Below, piece after piece: positions 1-10,643 of a DNA stretch of 64,000 bases (within the stretch, counting starts at the first letter, position 1; each line of letters starts with the position of its first letter). The DNA comes from Lobosporangium transversale (lineage: Eukaryota). Location of the stretch: positions 310,001 through 374,000 of the forward strand of contig NW_019028996.1 of NCBI RefSeq assembly GCF_002105155.1. The letters run 5' to 3'. A program made the position numbers and the translations under genes. The notes below the pieces were generated by a model. It did not search any database and had not been told where the DNA came from. It saw only the letters and a list, made by a program, of their open reading frames with translations.

Positions 1-59
1 ATTCTGAGAAATGTAAGAAGTCATGGTAATCAGAGGAAAATTGTAATGGGATAGGGCAC

Positions 60-2786
60 TTAGACTTCATGCCCACCGACATCAGCTTCAGTATCAACAC
101 ACTCACTAAAACTAAATTCGTCAACACTTTCTCCATCAATAATTAGTGGGTGGTGCTCTGGTGAAATATATGGTGACGAGATTGGTGATGATGCCAGCGT
201 GGTTCTAGCATCTAGATGGGGGTGACTACTACAGTACACCCAGCTCATATCAGAATTCTCATTTTCAAGACAGCTGCTATTGACAAGGCTTTGGTATGAA
301 TTGATTGTTTCAATCATGCATTTCTATAATGTTGTAAAAGCCAAAAGAAACAATTATATATAGTAATGTAGTAGTTGTGATCAAATTGCTATAAATTTAT
401 AATGTACATCAATGATATACTTACCCTCAGCTGAAGAAGGTGGACAACACCTTGAATATTAGGCCTCATGTTGGTTAGTGAGGTTGGAAGGTCATAGACT
501 GGATATTCCTTGAAAAGTGACACATATGAATGCGCACCTGAAGGTCTCAGCTCGAATGATTTAAATCCTCGGTCTATAGAATGGTTTTCACATATCAAAA
601 CCTGGTGATAATAAAAATAATCATGCACCCTAAGCTCACTGACCTCCAGTATATATTCCAAAAAAGCGAGCATGTTCCTCAAAGTCTCGATTCCTGGTAT
701 CCTGTAGCCTGTGTTTCATAATAGTATACGTTTCACGGAACAGGTCCCATCCTGATTCTTTAAGGAATTTACTAGAGTGAATATCCCAAGTCTTCATCCT
801 CTCCACTATCATCCAGTCTCTCTTGTCCAAAACATCTCGGATTACCAGATCCATCTTTCGGCCAGTAGGCTTTCTTGATGCTGAGGTGTCTAAATGCAAA
901 TGTCTTCCTTGATTTTTGCGTATTGCAGACTCCAGTCCAGATTTCTCGCCATCAATTACGAATAAGTTGTCTTGGTCGTCCAATAACTCCATAAGTAGGG
1001 GCCATGCTTTCCGGCCCCAGAAGGCTTCTGACAGATCTTGTATGAGAAATGGGGAGGGGGCTTTGTTATATAACCGACACCTTTGATGGTGAAGTACTTT
1101 AGTTATCAGTGACATTTACTACTGCCATCACCACCGATTTGTAAAAATTAACGTAATTTACCATGTACGAAAGGTATCCAGGATTAACTCGCATGAACCG
1201 CGGTCCTCAGTTGGCATGGGAATTTGGATCACAGGTTGTTTAGCGATCGCTGCTTGACTTAATCTCAGCAGATATTCGAGTGTACTGGGAGGTAGCTCAG
1301 GCAAGTTAAATCGATTTCGACTTGAAATTTCGGTCCATTCCTGCCTTGTAAATAAGTCCTTGGTGACTGGACAATCGAAGTCAATTGTATAGCTACTAAT
1401 CCTAGATGAGAAAGTTGTTAATACCTGATACTATCAATCAATTCAGTAGCTTAAAGAAATAGCAGGTTATATCCATACTTTACGGTTGTGTTTATTGTCA
1501 TACTAGCCTCAAATAAGACTCTTTCAACACATCTTCCAGAAGTAAGCTTCCAAAATCTTGTTTGATCTAAACGTTCGAGACGCTAACAATAATACCATGA
1601 CAAAATAATTAACACGATTGTTAATGTAGTTCTCAACTCTTATACGAGCAATTCTCACAAATAAAATTAACGAATATATACCTCCATTCTTCTTTTTTTC
1701 GCGCTATCAGTGACTGTGGGCTGGGTCGATTCCCCCCTTTTTTTATTCTTAGAATGGGTTTTTGTGCCTGCCTTTTCGGATTGTGTGTGTTCTATTCAAT
1801 TACAACCACATGACATTAGATACCGCTTTGATTCAATAAGAATCAATGCATAAAATGGGTCCGATTGTGAACTTGGATCCTTTTACCTTTCCTTTTTTGT
1901 GCAAGTATGGGTACACTTTGGGCTTTGGATGACTGGGGCGATTGACGTTGATTTTCTCGGAGAGGGGACTGGTGAACAAGAATCGCTGGTGTTGTCTGTC
2001 GGTTAGGTATGGAACTACTTGCTATTTGGACATCAGTATACAATTATTTAGTAAGAGATAGTCATGCTAATAATAATAGTCATCATTTTGATTACCATCA
2101 CTGCTGCTGTTATCGTCATTATCCGAGGGAAATAAGATAAAATAAAATAAAAAAAAAAAAGAAGCAAGGCGAAATGAGGTCCTTTACCATCCTCTAAATG
2201 CTTAGATATCGACGAAAACGACATCTCTTCTGTCTTGTCAAAAAAACCTTGTTCGCTTTCTTCATCATCATTGAGACCTGTAGGCTTTTCGACGTTATGG
2301 TAAGTTGGGGCGCTCTGCTCTGTATTCTCCATATCCTCAAAACGACGATTGAAATCATATGAGGCTTGTTTAAGTCCCACTGCTCTAGTCATAATCCCAG
2401 CCTTTCTGGAACTGAGAATAGTGTCAACTTTGGAGTCCAATTCACTCCAAAACAGCTCTGCAGAATTTGTTTGAAAATCTTTGAACTCTTCGTTGAGCCT
2501 CTTTCTCCGTTCTTCGTTTATCTGAGTCTCTCGAAGAAGTGCCGAGTAGGCTGATACGGCAGATCGACTGTTTGTAAAGCCAAATTTGTGAACAAAGTTC
2601 GGGAAAGTTACATGCTCAACGCCTTGGTCTTTGAGAAGCGCCCAAGAAACTTGATCTTGCTTTGATCGTCTTATTTTTTCCATGATAGTTTGCGAGGTTA
2701 GGGACAACTAGGCAGCTTATAAGAGAAGATTTTGGTCAGTAAATGATAGTAATAAATAAAATAAGATATTATACGAGCGATGGCAT
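60..2786 (-). CDS. Multi-exon hypothetical protein with a putative C-terminal PD-(D/E)xK nuclease-like domain
   Basis: Minus-strand coding segments (2707-~2188, ~2040-1860, ~1400-1163, ~1080-643, ~572-425, ~323-60) are separated by GT..AG introns. Probable first exon ATG CCA TCG CTC|gt at 2786-2775. Motif GRKMDLVIRD...IVERMK resembles a restriction-endonuclease-fold D...ExK site. Middle exon boundaries are approximate. Confidence 0.65.
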
Positions 2787-3110
2787 AATGAAAAGGTTAC
2801 AGGGCGTGTCACAGGACAAAGGCCATGTTCAACCTATCAAATTTCCAAATAGACACAACCAGCCTGGCTGACAGACCGCCAATAGCTAAATCTGTGTACA
2901 GCTCATAGAGCCGTGGTTGCATTAAGTCTACCTGGTTTTGCCAAGTCCACAATAGATCAATGAAAAGGCCACAAGGCGTGTCATAGGACAAAGGCCATGT
3001 TCAACCTGTCAAATTTCCAAATAGACACAACCAGCCTGGCTGACAGACCGCCAGTAGCTAAATCTGTGTACAGCTCATAGAGCCGCGGTTGTATCAGGTC
3101 TACTTGGTTC
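2787..3110. repeat. Tandem duplication, period 172 bp (copies start at 2787 and 2959)
   Basis: aatgaaaagg...ggacaaaggccatgttcaacct(a/g)tcaaatttccaaatagacacaaccagcctggctgacagaccgcc... occurs twice with scattered substitutions; the second copy is ~150 bp. Confidence 0.95.
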
Positions 3111-3847
3111 TATGCGGACGAATGGGGTTATGTCACTTGCCTTTATATATGGTAATTAACATGGAAGGATTAATTGTGAAAAAAGCGATTCGTAGCAAGA
3201 AGTGTTCGTCTCTGTACATACGTGCACGTGCACTTCTAATGCGTCACTAAATTTTCTTTTTTGCAAAGATTCTTTTAGCTGTGGTTCGACAGGATGTCCC
3301 GATTGGTAGATACAAAATAACTTGAAAATAAAATACAGCGTTTCTAATTGTTTTATCCACTTTAAAATAAACTTTATCCGATTTTATTTTGAATTGTTCC
3401 AATCACTAAAAAAAATTGTCCAAAGTTAAGTTAAAAAGTTAACCGAAAAGGGCGGAGAAATTTATCCGAATGTTTACAAATTTTGTCCAACCATGCAGTT
3501 CATTTTATCCAGATGGTCATGCGGAAATAGCCATGGGACCTTGTGATATTATCGGCGCGTCCTGGAAATTATCAACCGCGTTGGGTTTTTTTCTTCGGAT
3601 TCAAAAAAAAAAAAAAAAAAAAAAAGTCGCCATTTTTTTTTTTTTTTTTTTTTTGATGTCAAGACGCGTCGCGAAGATCATGGCGCGTTGGCGTGTTGGC
3701 ACATTGGTACCACGCTAGCATGCAATGATGGGCCCATGTATAAAAGGAATTGGGGTTCGAAGAAAAATAAAAAGACAAAGTTACCACCGCTTGTATCCTT
3801 CAACTGAGATCGCTTCAACACTCCTAATCACCTTATTCAAATTCACT

Positions 3848-5811
3848 ATGGCACTTACCAAGAATCAACCTGAAATTATCAACTTGGTTGACACCGATGA
3901 CGACGAGCTCTACAAAGATCTCGAGGCTCAGAAAGCCGCCTTGAAGTGGGATGACAGTTCTAATGTATGTGGTCTTGGTGGTTCTTTTGTAACTTGTTCC
4001 ATCTTCTTGGTTATAAACATTGATTCCTCTATTTTGCAATATCCATAGGCTATTGAGATCAAAACCGAGGGGGGAGGCGGTGACAGTGTCATCCCTCAGC
4101 ACCGCGCACAAGACTCCGGGAATAAAAGTGACTCTTCCAAACCCCATCTCCAAAATCTATATCGTCATGATTATGATGCCGGCATTTCGTTCGTCCATAT
4201 AGCCTCCTCGTCGCGGCCTCGCCCTCGTCGGATGATTGTAGAGGAAGAGAGCGATGAGGAGGCAGACCCATACAACCCTTGGACGCCCCCCATATATACT
4301 GGCCACGAGCTTGATTTCGATACACCTGCCCTGGATGCGCCTGCTGCTGAAATCCCTGTCATTGACTCGCCTATCATTAGTGAGCCTGTTGACAGTAACA
4401 ATAACAAAGGAAAAGGGCCTAAAATGACCTGCATCTATTCGCAGCTTCAATTCGACGAGGATGAGCTAGAAAGAGAGCGCAATCCGGCACCTGCGGCCCT
4501 TTTTGATCAAGACGAAAATGACTTTGGCCACGGGTATGAGGAGCCAAGCCTGAGAGAAATGTGTCGTAAAAGGAAACGCAACTCCCCTGCCACATATTCT
4601 AAGATTACAGAAGAGGCTTCTCAAAGATTGATTGAGTACTGGACAGTACACATGTGTACAGTAGCTGAAGCGGCTAGGGCCGTTCACATGCATCCAAGGA
4701 CCGCCTGGAGGTAATAATTAAGTTTAAAGACCACTTGTGCTAAACGATATCTCGGGATATTGTTGCCAATTATGTTTACCTGGGAGTTTGTTATAGATAT
4801 ATTAATCATTACAGGGAAACAGGCAAGCTCCCTTCCAAGAAGCGTCGAGTGGATTCGAAATTGGCAGCAAGACACTGCCAGTACTTAGAGGATTTCTTAG
4901 ACGAAGAACCTCTTTCGACGCTCATGGAAGTACACAAGGCTCTCCACGACGAATTTCCTGAAGTCCAAGTGTCTCTTGCCACGGTTTTCAATTATGTCAT
5001 AAATATGTGTGAGTACACACTCAAGCGGATCAGGAAGGTCTCTGACAAGCGAAATGATCCCGCTGTACTTACAGCGAGAGAGAGATTTGCTGAAGAGATG
5101 CAAAACCCAACAAACCACGAGAAGTTTGAGAAAAAGACCATTTTCATTGATGAGGCGGGGTTTAACCTGCATCTGATCCGAGAGTATGGATGGTCCCGTA
5201 AAGGAAGGCCCGTAAACGTTGTGCGTCCTACCGTACGTGGTAGAAATGTTAGCGTTGTAGGTGCAATTTCATCGACTGGGATCATCTGTATGTCAGTGAC
5301 TACAGTGGACCTTGATGCGGATGAAGAGCTAGTGGCGGAGGATGATCAAGATGGGGTCGCGAACAACAGCGGCCGTGGTCGTGGTAGAAATGCAGCACGT
5401 CCTCCGCAGGTATCCGAGGACGGTATAATTGGTTGTTCAACAACCGGGGCCTATTTTAGGGACTTCATTTGTGAGGTTCTTGAGATATTGGAGGCTAAAG
5501 GGATGCATGGATATACTTTTCTAATGGATAATGCGCGTATTCACAAGTCTCCACTGGTTAGAGAGCTCATAGAAGAAGCAGGCCATTTTTGTGAATATCT
5601 TCCTCCTTACTCACCATTCCTGAATCCAATCGAGGAATGCTGGTCGAAGGTCAAGAACAGTTTTAAGAGAAGCCGTCTTGAGGCGAACGAAACCATGCGC
5701 ACTAGGTTCCAAGAGGCATTCAGGTCGATATCCCGAAAGGATTGTCAAGGCTGGATTCGTCATGCAACTACCTTTTTTCCAAGGTGTCTCAACAGAGAGA
5801 TCAATCTATAG
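3848..5811 (+). mobile_element. IS630/Tc1/mariner-superfamily transposase gene (DD34E), 3 exons, ~597 aa, reading frame intact
   Basis: Exons 3848-3964, 4049-4710 and 4797-5811 splice in frame (GT..AG). Splicing restores an HTH (TVAEAARAVHMHPRTAWRYINHYRETG). Catalytic motifs IFIDEAGF, LMDNARIH and LPPYSPFLNPIEECW have 34 residues between the second D and the E. TIRs not found. Confidence 0.93.
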
Positions 5812-5968
5812 GCCTATAATAGTACAGTTATAGTGAAAAAAAAAAAAAAAAAAAAGTACATTTATTTATATGCACATTATTGTATAAATGTACAAATGGA
5901 GACAATCAACAAGCAGGTAAATTCGATGTATAAAAATGTATAAATTTATTTGTGAGATCCATTCTCTT

Positions 5969-7265
5969 TTATTCCTGGTCATTTTCAAATGAAATATCGG
6001 GTGTTTCTGGCTCATACTTTGTTCGTATACGCTTGTTGCTCGGTTGGTCAATCTTTAAATGCTCGTACAGATAATCCATGTCCTCTTTAAGTCTGATCAA
6101 TTGTCGCTGTAAGCCTTGAGATTTTTCAATATCATTAATAAATAATAATAATGACAATAAACACAGATAGATTAACATACACAATTCAAGGTTACCTTGG
6201 TTCTCTCCTGTCCTTTGGTCAGAAAATTTTTCGATTTTATCTCTCAATTGGAAGCGATCTCGGGTAGAGAAACTTATCTCATCACTCAATTTGCCAATTA
6301 CTATTTGATATTTTGCTATCATTAATAAAATAATAAATAAATAAGAAAAAAGTAGGTCGCAATTCACAGTTACCTTTTTGGGCCGTTTGCCCTTTGTCCA
6401 AGTAAGAGTATATATTTGTCCGTTCAGCCCTGATAGCGGCTCGCTCCACTGAACCGACATTTACACGTTTTTTAATATCTATATAGTCGGTTTTTATCAA
6501 TGTTATCATTAATAAAAAAGAAAAAAGAAGAAAAAAAAATAAATTGATGTACACAATGTTACCATCACTGCCTTTCTGCAAGTCTACTATGGCCTTCAGT
6601 AGATTTTTAATTTCGGAAGTGCTCTTCTTCTGCTCCTCCATATATTTATTCTGATTCTCCATGTATTTATTCTGCTTCTCCATGTATTCGATAAGTGTGT
6701 CCAACTTTTTACTGGAAATAAAAGTTCCCTCTTCAGCGGCGAGACTAGCTAAATTGGCGCGAGCGGCGCGATTGACTGGCGCAGATAGCGTGACGGGAGG
6801 AGTGGTGGATGTAGTTAGTGTGGCGGGTGTGGTGACTGTAGCTAGCGTGGTGGGAGTGGTGACTGTAGTTATCTTGGCGGGAATGGTGACTGTTGCCAGT
6901 TTTTCGGAGCCAACAAATGATATCTTGCATGCTTCGCTAACGTAGTCCTCACTTGTATCAAGTATTTTAGCAAAAGTAGCCTGAATAAGAGGGCAGGCAG
7001 ACCTGGCGTGCCTCCACAACGAGAACACCCTATTGAAAGACGTCTGACAGACGCAATGAACCAGTACTTTGCTATCTCCTATACATCGTGTTTTAACTGA
7101 CATAATAAAAGTGTACGCCGAACTATTCACCGCTAGTTTAAAGGACATTTGAGACCATTTTTGTTTGTTTTCATCCACTGTGACAATTTGCGGTTCTTCT
7201 CCGTCAGACGTTTCCTCTGTGGTTTCATACGGAGAACTATACATTCTATATATTCCTCCATGCAT
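5969..7265 (-). CDS. Hypothetical protein (~357 aa, 4 exons) with a Zn-finger-like motif, Thr-rich repeats and a coiled coil
   Basis: Exons 7265-6563, 6478-6374, 6315-6196 and 6114-5969 join in frame. Contains CVCQTSFNRVFSLWRHARSAC, 9-aa ATVTTPAxL-type repeats and YMExQNK heptads. Start could instead be 7244. Confidence 0.7.
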
Positions 7266-7295
7266 TTCTGACGCTTTAAATATGGAGAAGAGCGT

Positions 7296-7405
7296 AGAAG
7301 CTGAGAAAAGAGAAGGATGTAGAAGCTGAGAAAAGAGAAGAGTGGAGCTGAAAAAAGAGAAGAGTAGAGCTGAGAAAAGAGAGAGTGAAGCTGAAAAAGA
7401 AAGAG
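7296..7405. repeat. Degenerate ~23-25-nt minisatellite (gctgagaaaagagaag core, ~5 copies)
   Basis: Repeated agctga(g/a)aaaaga units just upstream of the minus-strand gene. Confidence 0.8.
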
Positions 7406-7595
7406 AAAAAATGGCTGGACTCTTATACAAAAAATTTCGTCGAATAAAATGAATAGAGGGTAAGCTGTATATTTATATTGAGAATACTTCCAGTTTTAGA
7501 CGATTTCTATTGCATCTTAAGCAAATACCCCTGTCATGTGGCAGATATGCCTCTTTCCTTCAAAGGTACATGTATAATACAACATTTTTTCACGT

Positions 7596-7680
7596 GCACA
7601 CACACCAACACACATATCAACACACACACACACACATCAACACATCAACACACACATCAACACACACACTTACCAACACA
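7596..7680. repeat. Compound (CA)n / acacacatca microsatellite
   Basis: Directly visible. Confidence 0.9.
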
Positions 7681-7979
7681 AATTTTTCCAGCCCCTCTAA
7701 AATAGATAAATAAGGGGCAGTCTAGAGACAAAAAAAAAATTCTCACATTTTTAAATTGAATAAAATACCCTCCGTTTTTTAGACAGAAAATGAAGCCTAC
7801 ACATAAATTTCTGTTTTTTCAGATTTAATTCAAATAAAATATATTAGTCGACGACTTTTTGGCGAGGACTCTAGTTGATTGGCGGGAGACGATGACGCCT
7901 AAGGTACCACGCAATGGGATTAGTAATGTCAGGAACGAATCAGGATGAAGATTGCCTGCAATGAGAAAAGCAATGAGAA

Positions 7980-8101
7980 TGTTGCGATTAGCAGTCATTT
8001 AAATGGGTTTTTACTATTGCCAAGATTTTTACCCCTTTTTTAATTAATGGATCATATCTTTTTTTCGTCCTCGTTACTTATTATGATCCTGGCATATTTC
8101 A
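7980..8101 (+). mobile_element. Solo LTR, 122 bp, with 5-bp target-site duplication GAGAA
   Basis: Starts TGTTGCGA and ends ATATTTCA; gagaa at 7975-7979 and 8102-8106; homologous copy at 9948-10065. Confidence 0.8.
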
Positions 8102-8202
8102 GAGAACAATATAAATTGAGGTCCATTTTGCTTCTCATTTCTCCATTCCTCAACTTCGTTTGCATTCAAATATCATTTTCTCGCTTGTTACATTGCTGCA
8201 TT

Positions 8203-8703
8203 ATGTCTTCCTCCAACAACACTGTTTCCTCTTCCACCAACAAGGCTGCTGGTAAAAAACGCGCTCGTGAGGAGCTGGGTGAGAGCGCACGTCGCGAGAC
8301 CTCGCCTTCCCCAGATGGTCCACCTGATGATCCAGTGTTCACCTATGTCCCATGGGAGCGCCCCACCAGAAAAGGAGACAGAATCAAGAAGCTTTTTCTG
8401 GAGAGCGAATTTTGCAATTTCATGGAACGGACAGAAAGTGCACTCTATCAGGATGGGGACGAGGTACGACCTCGCAAATACCTCTTCTTAGAGGGAGGAC
8501 GACAGCTCGATTTGTCCAGAAAACCCATGAAGCGTAGCAATTTTGAGATATTCTGGGCACATGAACCATCATTGTTCAAGCAGCTGAAGCGTCGTAACCT
8601 GATGCTTGTCAAGGAACAAGACTGGCAACGACTTGAAGCGTCAGCAGCAGCCTCGCAGAGTGCACCGCAGGTTGCTGTCACTTCAGTGGCAACCGAGACT
8701 TAA
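8203..8703 (+). pseudogene. Orphan ORF (166 aa), probably truncated by a premature TAA
   Basis: ATG at 8203 follows a TATA-like aatataaa; KKRARE looks like an NLS. The frame continues past TAA 8701-8703 for ~58 codons (DMTKASSCRQESTQEIAERQVQEILRELD...). Confidence 0.55.
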
Positions 8704-9197
8704 GATATGACGAAGGCGTCGAGCTGCCGTCAAGAGTCAACACAAGAGATAGCAGAGAGACAGGTCCAAGAGATCCTCAGGGAACTGGATGTAGTCGATG
8801 TTGACACATCTCGTAGCAAGCTCTTGCAAGAAAGGGCCTCTTTATCATTAATTCCTTTATCAATCTGTAGTATTTAAATAGCTTTTTCCTTCACTGCAAA
8901 AACGGCATCTCTCTTCTTATTATCGATGCCCTTTTGCAGCGTCTCCAAAATCATTCAAAGTATTACTTAGGATCATTATCGTATCCCAAAACTACGAGGC
9001 TCTTGCCCAATTCTTCATTCCCATCATTTACCTACTAGTTTCCAGAGATCACTAGTAGATGCACCACGACACTGTCCCAAATTAGTATATATTTTTATAA
9101 CGCATCCTAAAGTGATCTCATGGCAGGCAGAACCAGGGGTATACCTGAGGATTTATCACAGCAGAAGGCTTCTCGCCACCCTCCCTGAGGGTCCTTG

Positions 9198-9201
9198 TTA
9201 T

Positions 9202-9234
<33 letters not shown>

Positions 9235-9580
9235 GGCCAAGGAAGTCTACTCAATGCTGACGTGGTTTATGAACAGGATGTTGTACTGTGGTGGTATGAC
9301 GATGCGGCTTCGGTCGATTATTGGATACCGCTTTATTTGCGCCCCCAGTAATGGGCAACCCATTTATAGAGCTAACGTCTAAATAAATCTTACATGACCT
9401 CGTAGGTTTCGTTATCAAAAAAATAAAAAAAAAACCTGATCAAGGAAGTCTACCCAATGCCGACGTGGTTTATGGACAGGGTGTTGTACTGTAGTAGTAT
9501 GCCGATCATTAGATACCACTTTATTTACGATCCTAGTAATAGGGGGCAACCTATCGAGCTAACGTCTTAATATATCCTAT
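9198..9580. repeat. Degenerate tandem duplication, ~200-bp unit
   Basis: ttatc(A)n...caaggaagtctac(t/c)caatgc(t/c)gacgtggtttatg(a/g)acagg...gagctaacgtct occurs at ~9198-9390 and ~9411-9580. Confidence 0.9.
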
Positions 9581-9937
9581 CAGACCCTGGGTTGCAAAAA
9601 AAAAAAGAAAGCCCTCTATCAAATTGATAACTACAGGCCACAATATTGTGTTATCTATGTGACTGTTAGGTGTTTGTAACACGCACACACCCAATTCACT
9701 GGCCTCAAAAAAAAAAAAGCCGCGCAACAATCGTAACAGCATCTCATGCTCCTCACTATCCTTTTTTATGGTCGCATCAGACGCTGAAGGTTTTATTTAT
9801 TTTCCTTCAAAGAATTTAATCAAACAAGAAGGTTTTTAGACTTTTCCTTCGATACTAATTATATATCCTAATAGGAAGGTTTTATATATTTTCCTTCCAA
9901 GCTTTATAAGCACTCGCTCTTACCTGGACGCTCGTCT

Positions 9938-10065
9938 GGGGGAGTTATGTTGCGATTAGCAGTCATTTATATGGGTTTTTACTATAGCTAAGATTTTTAC
10001 CCAGGATCATAATAAACACATCTTTCTTTCGTTCTCGTTACTTATTATGATCCTGGCATATTTCA
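9938..10065 (+). mobile_element. 3' LTR (9948-10065) with preceding polypurine tract; remnant of an LTR retroelement
   Basis: Homologous to 7980-8101, with TG...CA termini, immediately preceded by GGGGGAG-tta. Confidence 0.72.
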
Positions 10066-10643
10066 CCAAGAAAGCACTGATACAAAAAATTATTATTCGC
10101 GTTTGAACACTTACAATATCAGTAACAGCTTCTTGTTCTTGAAATGAGGGAGTATTAGACATGTTCATAGTGGGATGAATGTAAGGTGAAGAATGGGTGT
10201 GCATACTTTCGATTGTGTGGTGAAAACAAGAGTGTTTGATGTTTATAATTCGTCACATCAAGAAAAAATATTTTCTCACACACAGCACAGCCCAACTTTG
10301 AACAAATTTATCAATTGTCGCTCTTTCTTTAACTTGCTTCACTTCCTCTTCCTTTATCCTTTCACTTTTTTCTTATTTCCCTCCGGTTTTGCTCCCGTCA
10401 AGTTTGCTCTCCTTCCTTTTTCATTTTGTCCAAGCCTTCATTCATTGCCATTTTTTTTTCCTTTTTTTTTTTTTTTTTTTTTTTTTTCTTTTCCTCCCTC
10501 ATCTTCATCTCCACAGCTTACATTGTCACAATTTTGAATCATCCTGCTACTGACTTAACATACTTAACATTTTTATCAAACTTTTCCTGTTTTCTGTCCT
10601 CCGTCCATTTACGCCCTTGTTTTTAAACAGTTTTGAAATCGCA

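Noticed and set aside
2809..2991. Non-LTR retrotransposon C-terminal fragment (SIWK...AFVL..DTP) in the tandem repeat
   Set aside because: The similarity is too short to support a call without a search.
9781..9787. ACGCTG as the right TIR matching CAGCGT at ~3336
   Set aside because: Only a 6-bp match, not followed by TA, and no mirrored subterminal repeats.
9786..9897. CRISPR-like array (repeat-spacer pattern)
   Set aside because: Eukaryotic context, only three copies with variable interiors, short spacers and no cas genes; kept as a dyad motif instead.
9919..9945. U1 snRNA-like CTTACCTGG
   Set aside because: No downstream U1 stem-loops or Sm site; it runs into the PPT and LTR.
7980..10065. 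Single full LTR element with the two ~120-bp repeats as paired LTRs
   Set aside because: Copy 1 has its own GAGAA duplication on both sides, the outer flanks do not match, and there is no gag/pol or PBS between them.
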